Below are positions 23,276 to 35,671 of a stretch of DNA of 64,000 nucleotides, one piece after another (the first letter of the stretch is position 1; every line of letters starts with the position of its first letter). The stretch lies in assembly GCF_000315625.1 (NCBI RefSeq), contig NW_005434563.1:155387-219386 (forward strand), given 5' to 3'. This DNA comes from Guillardia theta CCMP2712. Its lineage: Eukaryota > Protista > Cryptophyta. Position numbers and translations under genes: made by a program. Under the pieces are notes generated by a model, which made no database searches, had not been told where the DNA came from, and saw only the letters and a list, made by a program, of their open reading frames with translations.

Positions 23276-25453
23276 TCCTGTTCCATGGTTAACAAAAGCC
23301 TTTTTTTCTCACTTGGATTGATGTCCTTCACGTCCGATGAATCTTGCATTCTTATTTCCTTTGGCTGGCTGTGAAACAAACACTCAAAGGTTTTCCCAGC
23401 TTTCATGTCTCTTATTGTCGCTCAGGATCAACTGCAGTAGAAGAGAAAAAGTTGCAGCTGCTACTGAGGTCGATGGCCATGGTTTCAAAATTAAAGATCC
23501 TAACTCAAGACTTGTTCTAGTACATTCTTTTGTGTTTTGTTTCAGAACAATGTTTGCTTCCATCTACTGTTGTTTTCGCTTCCTTTCTCTTCAATCTAAG
23601 TTGTTTCCTCCCTCATCCTCATTCCATAGAGCATCATCAACTTGCATCTTCCAGTACGGTTTGTGCGGGCTGGCACATTTTTTTTAGCTTAAATCTTTGA
23701 GTACTAAATCTTCATGGAAATCCGTACAATTTTATTAAGTAAAACTCAGTACCAGATAAATCCGGTATCAAATAGAGCCGGCTCGGACGGGGCCGGCATC
23801 TCTGTCAGTGATTTCAGTGAGGCAGGTCTGTTCCGTTTCAAGGAGGTCCAACGGTGATCAAAATAGTCAAAATAGTCAAAGTGGTCAAAATGGAATCCTG
23901 TGTTCGCCATGGCACTCCCATGGCCTTGGGAATTGAAACCAAATTTTCAACCAAATCATCTGTAATTTTCAAAGTGAAAAACAGTACTCTGAAATAGACT
24001 CCACGGTGTAAAGGTCGCAACGGAGCTGCTCTATCTTTAACTCCTAATGCGACCATGGGAAGAAGTGGGGTAGTCAATGTGTTATAACAGGGGGTACATC
24101 GAATAATTTCATGGAATCAAGGCAAATGTTTTGCAAAATTTTCTTGGAGGGGTCCATTTGTTGAGGTCTTATAGGGTACATCTGAATCATAACTGATCAA
24201 ACTTTGGAAAATCCCAAAGTTAGTCTGGAAATATCTTCGAGAGGGGTACAATGGAACAGTTGTAGCTTCTTGCACAGGTGGGGTGGTCCAATGCGTCCAA
24301 AGAAGGGGAATGCTTCTCCACATCAAGGCCAGCCAGGAGTGCTCTTGAAGGGGGTGGGGGTACAGCAAGTTTCCAATTTGGGTACATTTGTCCGTTAAGG
24401 GGCTGAGATGACCCGGGTGGAAAAAGGGGATACCAGGGGTAGAAGTACACCTATGGTAACATGTAGCCCTTCTTGTCCCCATATCCCGATGTGACCTTTC
24501 GGAGCCTGTATGGAAGTAGCTAATGTGTAGGGGTACTCCAAATTTGGTAGGGGTGTCGAGGCCGTAGAAGGGGTACTCTTGAGGGGGTCAAAGTTTTTGA
24601 AGCAGAATGAAACGATAAAGGTGTGCACCTTGCAATTATTTGCTATAGTTACAATTGAGAATAATGCTTGCTTTGCCATGGTACGAAATTGAAAAGCTCC
24701 CTCGGTGGTTTGATCCACTTTGAGTACCCTTCTAAAAATCCGACCTCCAACTGCTATCTAAAGTAGCCCAATTTCTGACCACCCTACCCCCCTTTCACCA
24801 GTTAACTGATGGTCAACTTCCGGGGAAGCGATAAATGTTTGATTGAAAGGGATACGAAGGGGTACTTCTGTGGGGAAATGACGGGTGGAACAATTTGGGA
24901 GAATATCTACCAAAATTAGGTCATTTAGTTCCACCCCCTCGACGACGAAAAAAAATGGGGCCGGGACCGGGTCAGTGGAGACTTCCGACGACCCCCTGAG
25001 AGGGTCAAATCAGGGATGTCGGTTGCCTGGGGGTAGGCTGGGGGTAGGGTGGAGTCCCTTGTCCCCTGATGACCAGGGGCCTGTAGTAAACTGAATTTGA
25101 CCGGGTCAAAGTTGTTTACAACATTGGTCAGCAGGAAAGGGGCCCCCAGTGGGGTAGGGTGAAAATATTATAGAGATAACCGGTACCAAAAAGAATTTGT
25201 TTGGGGGTAGGGGTACATATCTGGGAGGGTGGGGTGGTTGCCTATATATTCCCCGTCGAAACATTTCGCCACCATCGCAGTTTTTGCCTGACATCTTCGT
25301 CTGTCCGTATCTCTTCCTCCTCCTGCTGCCGTCTATCCTTGAGCTTCTCCGCCACTCTATTCATCCTCCTCAGACTCTCTTCGTTCCTCCAGTCTCCTTC
25401 CTCCTCCATACTTTCCTTCTTTCTTCCAAATTCTCAAGTACCCTTTCTGCAAG

Positions 25454-25798
25454 ATGTACCAAAGGCTCCAGTTGATCCTCTTCGTTCTCATTTCCTTCGC
25501 TATCGTTTCATGTATGGGATCTTCTTACCATTCGGAAGATTTTCCTCTGCGAGGAAGACAGCTTCTCCGTCAAGACTCATACTCCCCAACATGTACCCCG
25601 AGCAAGGAGCGCGTTTCGCGCCTTCAGCGGTATCCCTCACCCACGGGCAGGGACAGCCGATGGAGGTTTGACTTGTCATGCACTCTCGACACGGCCATGG
25701 CATCAACGTCCGACTTTCTTGAGAGCGAAGAGAGCGGATGCAGCAAGTATGCTCACAACAGCGGCTTGCGTTCTGCAATGGGACAAGTGAATATCTAA
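25454..25798 (+). CDS. Hypothetical secreted protein (first exon(s); 3' end uncertain)
   Basis: Signal-peptide-like start MYQRLQLILFVLISFAIVSCMG. Confidence 0.4.
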   Translation: MYQRLQLILFVLISFAIVSCMGSSYHSEDFPLRGRQLLRQDSYSPTCTPSKERVSRLQRYPSPTGRDSRWRFDLSCTLDTAMASTSDFLESEESGCSKYAHNSGLRSAMGQVNI

Positions 25799-26461
25799 AG
25801 GCCCAGCCAGCGTGTTCAGTAATCAGTACAGCCATGCAGCCGACCAACAGGACGGCGCGGCGTTGTTTCCATAGATGAGATGTAAATACAGTTGTTAATA
25901 CATTAGTGTTGTGATCAAAAGTTGTGCGTCCCAGAGAGGGGTGAGTGGGTTGAGTGGTGACAGAGGTGCTGGCAGGCAACGTTGATGCAATGAGAAGATG
26001 CGAAAGAGGAAGAGATACATCTGAAGGACAATCAGACAATCGAGAAGAATTCACTTCAGGTCACCATCAGGTATCTTGGAGAACACTTCAGGCCAAATTG
26101 GTGACGCATCAGTCACAGTCCGCCTCTCTTATGAATCATGGGGGTTTGGTGATGAAACCTGTGTGTGTACATGTCTTTGCCTGCAACCTCCTTGGCCATT
26201 GAACATTGTTGGAACTTAACCTTATTAGCTTTGAAGTCGAAAGAGGATCGAATATTGATTCATTGCACGCTATTCGCTGTAATACTGATGCATTGCTCGC
26301 TATTACAGAGTAGCAATGTATCTCAAGTAAACCTGTTGTGAACATAGCACAAAAGGAAAACAAATTCAAAAGTTTTGTTGGAAACTAAATTGTTAAAGCA
26401 AAAGAATATACAGTACACGAGTTCGAGATTCGTGAGAAAGGTGTCTAGAGTACATGTCATA

Positions 26462-28222
26462 TCATGTGCTGACCACGAGGCTCGCCAAGTCCCTGCATGT
26501 TAGTCAGCACCCAATCAACCTTTCATAGATCAACATACCTGCAAGCCTGTCCCCCATGCTTCTTGTTAAATGTTTTCCTCATCGAGTACTTGGGATCGGG
26601 GACGAAATGTGGGTTGAATTCTGAGGTCTCCAAGGGAAAGCCGCGGAGGTTTCTTGGCGAGTCGATACTGAGGGACGATGGCTCGCATGGAAGAGATATG
26701 GCACGATCCCGCCTGCACAAGAACGATCGTCAGGCATGCAGGAGGAGCGGCAGTGAAGGAGGCACCTGGGCGGGGAATAACCCCTGGAAGAGTCGTCGTC
26801 GTGTATCTTCTTCAAGATGACAGTAACATCCTGCATGCTCAGGTCACACGTTCCGCAAGAAAGAGTGCGAGGAATTTACCTGATCAAGTTTAGTCAAATC
26901 CAAGCTCGAAGAGTAGGAGCTCGACTGCTGGCGACGGCTGGGACGAAGCATAAGCCGGGCGGCGGCAGGACAACACAGTGAAAGGTCCATACCTCCTACG
27001 AGCTGTGTGTGGTCGAGGACGAGGTTCCTCCTTCTTCTTCCTAGCCTTCATCATAGACAAGATTCCATGAACTGTCTCCTCCTCTTCCTGTGTTCTCATT
27101 CAACCACACTGCGAGCCCATTCACTGTTGATGACTGACCTCCACCTTCTCTTCATGGCCCAGAAGCGCAGCAGGAACGGATTTTAGAGACTCTGGAAAGA
27201 ATCTCCTCAAGAATGTTGCAAGAACCTGCAGAAATAAGATCACAAACGAAGCCTGAAGTATCAGTACTCACCCTCTCCAACTTGATCTGCCGCAGATCCG
27301 TCTGGCGAAACGTGATTGGACAGTACACGATGGCATTGGACGAATTCTTGAGCGCACAAGCCCAGCAGCAGATTCTTCCTCCTTGCAAGATGACGGCGTT
27401 GGTAACCGTGTGAGTACAGAAGGGGCAGATATGAGGCGACCAGGTGGTCGGGACCTCAACGTGCGACGAAGGGGACAAGCAGTACTGGAGACGCTCTGCC
27501 AGCAGCTCCATCTCTGTGATCACCGAGTAGAGCTCCGACATGTGAAACATCGGAAGCGTCGACACTACCGCCATGACCTCATCGCATGTAGCCTGCGACG
27601 AGTGCCGCTGGAGCAGCTTCACTGCAGCGGCAGAGTTGAGGATAGCGAAGTTACGGATGGAGTCAATGTAGGTGAGGAGCTGCAGCCATTCTCTGAGCGC
27701 CGTCTGCAGAGCTCCTTCCTCCAGCCGGCTCATGAAGCAGTCGTTGACAAAGTCGGAGAGGGTTATCACTCCCTTCTTCTCCTTGCAGCCCGACTTCCAA
27801 ATCTCGAAGAAATCTCGCACGAAGTCGAGATCCTCTTCCGACATGCTCCGATCATCCTCAAAGTGAATTGCAGCCCAGAGATGATCGGTGCTTGTTGTCG
27901 GGCTCTTGCCGAGCATCTTGGTGTATCCTCGTCCCATGGCCGGGGGCAAGTGCTTTGCCTCCCTCTCCAAATGAACCTCGGCCACAGCATCTACGGCCTT
28001 GCTCACATCCTCAAGGCATTCTTTGACATGTGTCTCCTTGGTGAGGTAGAAGTTGTTGGCCTGCTCTATAGCAACTGTGAGATGGAACTTGAACACCATC
28101 TCTAACTCTTCATCATAGTCTCCAACCAGATTTTCAGCTTCGCGTTGCAGGTCTTTATAGCAGATGCAGTGAGTCTGCCATTCATAGGACAGCTCCGTGG
28201 CAAATCGTCGAGTCAAAGGCAT
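26462..28222 (-). CDS. SPX-domain plus degenerate RING/U-box protein (NLA/BAH1-like architecture), spliced
   Basis: SPX motifs EWQTHCICYKDL, IEQANNFYLTKE and IRNFAILNSAAAVKLL, then CPFC...NAVIL...CWAC...CPIT. Downstream GT-AG exons end DLASLVVST* at 26462. Confidence 0.8.
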
Positions 28223-30500
28223 CAGGTAAGAAGACTCGACAGTACAAGCTCAAGATCTCCTCAACTCAGTGACTTTTGACAAGTATTCCAAATCGAGTGG
28301 ACTAGAATTCAATCTTGTTCCTTGAAGGCCCAAAGGTTGATGGTAGGCAAACTTAGCGAAAGAGGCTCAGCTAAGCTGCCTGCTCAGCACAGACATCTAG
28401 GTGGACGAAGCTAGTCGGTGAAAGCGCGAGCAAGTTGAACCGCAACTTACGGATCGTCGAATCCTGTTTCAAAAGTTTCGTGCTGCAACACCGCAGCTCG
28501 GATACTTTTATGGAGTAAGAATGCCCTGAGGGAGAGGAGAGAAGAGGAAGACAAGCGGTGCTGATGAGGGGTGTACGTAAGTGTGTGGTGAAGGAGGAGG
28601 AGGAGGAGGAGGGTGGTAGGCGGCGGGGAGGCAACGAGGAATAAGGATGGAGTTTGGAGAGGGAAACAGCAGGGGGGCGGAGTCAGGGGAGGTAGAGGAG
28701 GAGGAAAATAATACGCGAAGGGGGGGTAGGGGGAGGGTGTTGGGTTCTCTTGATGGGGGTAGTTTACCTTGAAATGACGGGTACTATTATGAATGAAGGG
28801 GGTGAGGGTCGAGTGTCGGGGAGAGGGGTGGTTAGACAAGTTTGGGTCGGGTGGGCTTGTTTTTTAAAAAGAGAATTTAGAGAACTTTCTGACGTTGGTG
28901 GTCAACAGGTCGTGAATTTTACTCTTGTAAAATATGGAATGCAATCAATTCGTCCATAAAATATATAAATGTCAGACAATTATTTTTAACTTCAATTCTT
29001 GATACATCTCAGGAACAGATTACATTTTATGATAATTCACAAAGAGTACTGAATCACAAACCTACATACATAACATACATCTGTTTTAGGAATAGTGGAA
29101 TGTTGACCCAATAATTTGCAACCCTCACATCTATGGACTAAACAAAAAGAATAGAGCGCAAAATGATGAATAGAGCGCCCACCCTCCTTCAGTGACGTAC
29201 CATCAATCTGGCCCTATCACTAGACACTACAAGAAGTCTCTTTCCTGCCTCTTGTTATTTTGCTAATCTATTAAGATAGTCGTTCTGAATCAAAATACCA
29301 CCCCCACCCCTGTGATCTTAATTTTTTTATCTTCCTGGGGCCTCAAGATTCAAAGATCCCTTGTAAGAGTGAGAAGTAAACTTTTCAAGCTCCTTCTGTA
29401 TCAGAATGTATTCTTTTCACCTCCTGGGCCTCCGGGCAGCCCTCTAAAACGATTTTAGAGATGAGGCCCACTTTCTCAAACCGAATCTTCTCGTTCTGAT
29501 ACAGCCCCAAAAAGTTTTCCTATGACCCCAGCGTACCGAAGGCTAAGACCGCAGATCTGACCCCTATGTACCTACTTACGGTTTTCTCTATGAATAGGTC
29601 TAGGAAGGTTGCTAGGACCGTGTACAAATCAAATTAGCTGGCTAACAATATTTTGTAAATTGCGAGATCACTCCTTTTCGATTTCAGTTTGCTGGAGCAG
29701 TTGACCTCTACCCCATCCTTTAACTAAAAGTTGAGGGTGCTAAGGGGGTAGGGTACAGAGCCGAAAGTTCCTCTGTAACTCATCGCCCTCACTCACATCC
29801 AGCTTCCGGGCCCGGTCCTGGGCCCGGTCACCGGACTTTTATAGGTCTTTGCAGAAACTGAAAGACTAAATGCTATCTAGATGGCGGGGTGTGTGGTGTA
29901 TGGCGGCGCTGTGACATCGCTGATGGTAGCTAGAGGCGAGCAGTAAGGTGGTGAAGAGAAGGGAGAAGGAGAGGTAGAAGAGAGAAGAAGTCAGGGGCAA
30001 GCGAAGAATCCAAGTAGAGAACTGAGGACGAAGCTTGGATGTGTGACTGAGATACGAGAGGAATCTCTTGGATGCGGTTTTCAGTCAGTCAGCAGCGGAA
30101 GAACACAAAACGGCAAAGGATTACGAGGGTTGGCTGTGAAAAGTAATGATGAGAAGATGTAGGGGGGTCAGATAGGCGCTCACCTTATATATGGGACATG
30201 CCAATGAACAGTCGGTTGAAAGTCAAGAGGACGAGGGGTGGTACAGTGGGGAAGGATAGGAATACATCATACGTGCCTGAGTGGAACAAAGAGAAGGAAA
30301 GGAGAATTAAAGGAAGAATCGTGGCTGCTAGGAAAAAAGAGGGGCGGATTTGAATCTGGAACAGCTATCATCCCGTTTTTTTTGTTGTTGGAAACTTCTT
30401 GTGAAGATTGCTTGAATTCAGTCGAGTCCGATCTCCTATTGCGTCTTCAAACCGCATGTTGCTGCTCTATGTTGTCATAACGAGGAGATGTCAGGGGGCG

Positions 30501-31190
30501 ATGGAAGGCTTTGCAGAGTATTCGAGCGACTCGGACGGTGCGAGCATGGAAATGGAGGAGGGGCAGGAGTTCCAGCCTCCTCCAGCATGGCAACAGGACG
30601 ACGACGATGACGACAAGGAAGAAGAAGAGGAGACGGAGAACAAGGATAGAGGAGAGGGGAGGGATGCGTCAGAAACTTCGAAGGATCTTGAGGAGGCTGA
30701 ATCAGCGCAGAAGAAACGCAGGCTGCTTCCGAACCCTCTCGACGCGCTTTCCAACGCCACGACCTCGTTCCTCGCGGCTAGGGAGGAGCAGGAGAAAGAG
30801 GAGGAGCTGGAGGATGGAAAAGTTGCGGAGCCTGCGAGGTCGTTGAGGTGTGTGGTGATCACGTGAAACTTACGACTTGCACTCAGTGGCTCAAACAAGA
30901 AGCGGGAAGAGAGCGAAGACAAGCCGGTCGAGGCTCCTCCGACAGCCCCAACGGATGCCCCGGCCTTGTCACGAAAGGAGATATTTGACAAGAAGAAGGA
31001 ATCAACACGGCAGAAGAACACTAGTACGCTTCTTTCTCCTTCTCCTTCTCTCCTTCCTTGGGCGGCATTCTCCCATTGTGACTCTTCATTGTTCTTCTCA
31101 CTGTCCTCGACAGGAAAGCAGAAGTTCGGGCAGGCAAATTTCACCATCAAGGATAATCGCGAGTGTCCCAGCATGTGGAACCCCAAGTGA
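30501..31190 (+). CDS. Small acidic, probably nuclear hypothetical protein (weak C1orf52-like look), spliced
   Basis: MEGFAEYSSDSD start, acidic tract, KKRRLLPNPLDALS, and last exon KQKFGQANFTIKDNRECPSMWNPK*. Confidence 0.6.
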
Positions 31191-31440
31191 CGTGTGCAGG
31201 AGCAGGAGCAGGAGCAGGAGAAGGAGAAGGAGAAGGAAAAGGAGAAGGAAGAGGAAGAGACAGGACGAAAACGTTTGGTGTTTGAATTATTTATCACACA
31301 GGCTGCTGGAGCCACTTCGCCCCTTGCCCCTTGTAAGGATCCTTCCCATCCTGCGAGTTGAAATCCATCAGCAGAGGAGCAAGCGAGTTTGACAAGAACG
31401 GGAGGAGAACAAGTAGAGCATCAAGTAGAGCAGTGGTTGT

Positions 31441-31507
31441 GAGTAGAGCTGTAGTTAGAGCACAAGTAGACCACTGCTCTACTTGTGCTCTAACTACAGC
31501 TCTACTC
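31441..31507. repeat. Perfect 30-bp inverted repeat with a 7-nt loop, between convergent genes
   Basis: GAGTAGAGCTGTAGTTAGAGCACAAGTAGA (31441-31470) / TCTACTTGTGCTCTAACTACAGCTCTACTC (31478-31507). Confidence 0.95.
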
Positions 31508-31520
31508 TTGTGTTCTAGAA

Positions 31521-32371
31521 CTACAGGAGGAGCAGGAGGCATTGGACGGCAAAGACGTGGAGGATGAAAAGGGATATCGACGACAGCTGCGATATCGACC
31601 ACAGCAGTGCTTGATTGAGAGTTTTAACCTGTTGGAACTTTGAAGATGCTCGATTGAAGCCCCTCTCTCTGCCGAGCAAGTGATAAGATAAGGAAAGGAG
31701 AAAGGAGTAGAAGGAGCAGGAGGAGCAGCACCTGTTGTGCCAACAGCACGCCACTGCCCCCGCTCCTCCTAGAATCACGGTCCCCGCCACACTCGCCAGG
31801 ACGATCATGGCATACTGAGGTCGAGGAGGTGGACAACAAGGGAGAAAGGCGTCAGAGGCGAACACGGAGAGAAGAAATAGGGGAAGAAGCGGAGGAAGTG
31901 CAGGTGATAGGAGGAGAAAGGAAGCAGGGAGTGGAGGTAGAGACCTTGAGCTGTCTGGGTCCATCGTCTTTGAGCACATCATCAATCTCACTCTCTGGCA
32001 CGTCGTCCCATCTGAGAGCTCTCTTCTTGAGCTCCTTCCTCCTTCGTCTTCTCCTCCCCTTCACACTTCGTCTTCCCCTCCCCCCCGCCACATCTCTCCT
32101 CCCTCTTACCGCTTCCCAAGGCGCTCATGAACGATGGTTATGTTTCGCTTCTGCGCTTTTCTCCCCTGCAAGACACGCGTGTTAGTCTATGCTCAAGGAT
32201 ATGGTGGATGGACCAAAAGAATGTTTTTGTTTGCATGATTTGACGTTGCTCGGCTCTGGTTCTATCGGCAAGTTAGCGAGCAGGAGAGGAAGACAGGACA
32301 AGCATCACCAGCCCATCAACTTGCTCAAGGTTCAACACTGAGAGCATGCAGAGGACGAGGCAGACAGCCAT
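31521..32371 (-). CDS. Hypothetical type I membrane protein, spliced; ends approximate
   Basis: Signal-like MAVCLVLCMLSVLNL, exon KRALRWDDVPESEIDDVLK, and TM YAMIVLASVAGTVILGGAGAVACCW. Confidence 0.5.
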
Positions 32372-32977
32372 CTCGTTGATGGAGCCGCCCATCCCCTCCA
32401 CGGAATGCCCTGCAAAGAATTTTACAGTCAGGTGGGTGGGAGACTAGGGCGCTTCGTGAAGTCAGGCTCATAAACCTTCTCTTCACATGTTTTTGAAAGC
32501 AAGATATCATAGCACATCAGCAGTTGATCTCGTCGTAAAGAGCAGAAGCAGGAGCTTTCTGAAGTTCATGTGGTGAACAACCCAGTTACAATGTCATGTA
32601 CATGTCCTAGGGCAGAGCTGTCACATCGCACCTTCATACAGCTCTATCGTCTAACACAGCGATCGCTTCGCTCTGTCTCGTCACTCTTCTTCTATTCCTT
32701 GTCTTCCTAGTAGTCACTTTGTGTTTCTTTTTTCGCTCTTTTTTTTTCCTTCGTCACTCTCATAGCGCATCCTGTTCGGGCCCAAGCAATCCTGGGACCA
32801 GCAATGCTAAAAAATATTCTTTATCTTTGAAAACAACAAGAAAAATTTCAATTTCTTTCAGCTACCAGGTTGAATTGCTATTTGGGAATCCGTTTTTCTT
32901 TGGCAAGTCGTTACGAGCCGTTACATCAAGATTTGACCGTTACATGCCCTTGCATTCGTTACAGGCGAAGAGACAGC

Positions 32978-35454
32978 ATGGCTGGCATGGCTATGCCGCT
33001 GGCGGCGCTTCCTGCGCGCGCAGCTCTGAGCCCCGCGTCCTCCTCCTCCTCCTCCTCCTCTCGCAAGCGATCACCATGGTTCGCGCTGCTCTCGACAGCA
33101 GCGCTGCTCATCGTGACCGCGGTTGCCTTGGTCCGCATCCACCCCATGGAGAGCCGTCAGGACGTGCTTGTGTCCTCGGGGAACCTCTTTGAGACCGCCC
33201 TCGCATCACAGCGACGAGATCATGCGAAGAAGCTCAAGGAGGAGGAGAAGGCGAAGAGAGACATGCGGGAGAAGATCGATCACGACGAGGGCGTTCATCA
33301 TCATAAGCACCTGTCCGATGCTGCCCTGCTTCGTCAGGCTGTGAAGGCGCAGCAGCGAGACGAGATCAAGGTACCCCTCATCCAGGCACTTAGGACCCCC
33401 TCCATTTCCCCTCCCACCCCTCCATTCCTTCCTTGCCCCTTTCACACGCTTGGTGGGACCTGAATCGACCACAAAGAAGTGTTTGTCTTGCCTTCATGTA
33501 AGCTAGGGCAGGGTGACAGGGCGCGGTTGAGCGCATGCACAGGCTGAAAGGGAGAGAAGGGTGTAGAGCAACAGGAGAGGTTCTGGTGCTGTGATCTCAG
33601 AGGAAACGAGCTCCAGTGGTGGTTCTGTCCCAGCCTTTTTGTTGATTATTTCACTTCCCACTCCGCTCCCTAGGTGTCTGAGCAGGAGCTTTCCTTTCCC
33701 CCCTTACCGTCTCACTCTTCCTCCTCGTTCTTCTCTGCCCTTCTCCCCCCCTTCCTCATCTAGTCAGGGCCTTCAGGGCTCTGAAGTTTCAGCAGGCGCG
33801 CAAGGAAGCCGCGAGCATGAAGCAGCAGCTGAAGAAGAGGAGCGCGAGCGCAATGCCTACCCGGCACGAGTCTCTCTCGGACGCGAAGCTATACCAGGTG
33901 GAGGAGGCAGCATGCCGGAGCCTCAGTCCCTGACGTCTCTCAGGATGCCCTCAAGGAGCAGAAGGAGGACCGGCAGAAGGTCAAGACGGAGACTAAGAAG
34001 ACAGCTGCTGTTCAGGCGAAGAAGATCCAGGTAGGAGAAGTCTCAGTGAGATTGGATGGAGATGATGACGACGATTATGATGATGATGACGATGACGATG
34101 ACGACGACGACGATGATGATGATGATGGTGTTATGTGCAACTAAGGCGCTACTTGCAAATGCGTCTCTTCTGATTGTTTCCCTTCAGAAGTTGAAGGACA
34201 TGAAGAAGGCAGAGCAGCAGAAGAAACTTCAGGCCGAACTCAAGTTCATCATCAGCGCCTCGGACGTGAGCAGTAAGAAGGTGATTCTTGCACTGCCTCC
34301 CATGCTGTGCAGCCGACACTGACATGAGAAGCAGAGCGTCAAGCATACTGCAGTCGCACATCCACCAGTCAAGGTACTTCAAGAATTCGTTTCACGCTTC
34401 TCTCTCCTCCTCCCTCCCCTTCCATGTTTCCTCCTCCTTCTCCTCCTCCTCCTCCCTGATACCCTCCCCCTCCTCTTCCGTATTCCTTGATCGGACTCCT
34501 CCTCGCTCTCCTCCCTCCTTCCTTCTACCTCTCCCTGCCTCCTGTTCGCTTCTCTCCCCTCCCCCTCCTTTTCTTTGACTTTGTGCTAGAAGCATTCGGC
34601 TGCTCATCACAAGTCGCACGGAGACGATGTACGAGCGTCGCCTCTGCTCCTCCCTCCTCTCACTCCCTCGCAGCTGCTGGACAAGAAGGGGGAGATGAAC
34701 CTCGTCAAGTATCTCGACAGTCAAACAGGGTCGAGGGTGAGTAAGAAGAGGGAGAACAGGATGAGGCCGGAGGGGAAGCGGGGGTATGAACAGAGAGCAG
34801 AGGTCTGCAGCTTCGTGTACGGAGGACAGAGAGAGTGGAGGCAGTGGGGAATCATGGGAGAATGGGAAGGAGGTGAAGGGAGGACAGGAGGAGCCATGGG
34901 AGGAGGAGCGATTGGGATGCTGAATGAGGGGCAGGCAAAGCCTGTGATCTCGGAGCAGGACGTCACTCGAGAGAAACTGCGCAAGGAGGCCGCGGAGAAG
35001 AAAGCTGAGGAGGCCAAGGTGAAGAAGCGACATATTACTTTCCCCCTTAGCTCCTTTGAACGTCTTCGACCCTCCTCCTCCTTCTGCTACTCCTCCTCCA
35101 AATTCTTCCTTTCCTTCACCCTCCTTCTTTCCAACCTCATCATCATTTCCATCCTCTTGGTCCTCCCCTTGCCTTCTCTCTGCTTCAATTAACGTCCTCA
35201 TGGCAGAGGAAGATGAAGTCTATCGTGCGGCTAGCGACCAAGTACCACGTCTCGAGCAAGCACAGGAAGGCTAAGGGCGACTGGGCGAGGAAGGCGATGT
35301 ATGCTGCTGACGTGTCACTCGCGGGGAAGAAGAGCAAACGATCCTACATGAGGTGAGCTGAACCCCAGCTGGACTCGACCTGAGCTGCTGCAGGGCTGAG
35401 TTTGCACGTGCGAACGCGATCGAGGACTCGCTGCTGAACTCGAAGCTTCGCTAG
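32978..35454 (+). CDS. Hypothetical type II membrane-anchored Lys/Ala/Glu-rich coiled-coil protein, multi-exon
   Basis: N-terminal TM WFALLSTAALLIVTAVALV, then short coiled-coil exons with GT-AG borders, ending NSKLR* at 35454. Confidence 0.65.
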
Positions 35455-35671
35455 AGCTGGAGAGGAAGAGAAGATGCGCATGGAGGAGGAGGAAGAAGAG
35501 AGGACAGGGGGGTATGGGAAGGAGGAAGCAGGGAGAGAGGTGCTAAGGAGGAGTCGATAGGAGTCAACTTTTGAATTTTTGCTGATCTTGCGTGAGCTGA
35601 GAACAAGGACGTTCGTCTCCCTTGCTCTGCCCTCTCCTAGTCTACACGAGGCCTCGACTGCCTCCAGCTAT

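Noticed and set aside
23820-25240. Identifiable transposase
   Set aside because: Looks like decayed repeat DNA, but I could not recognise any protein motif.
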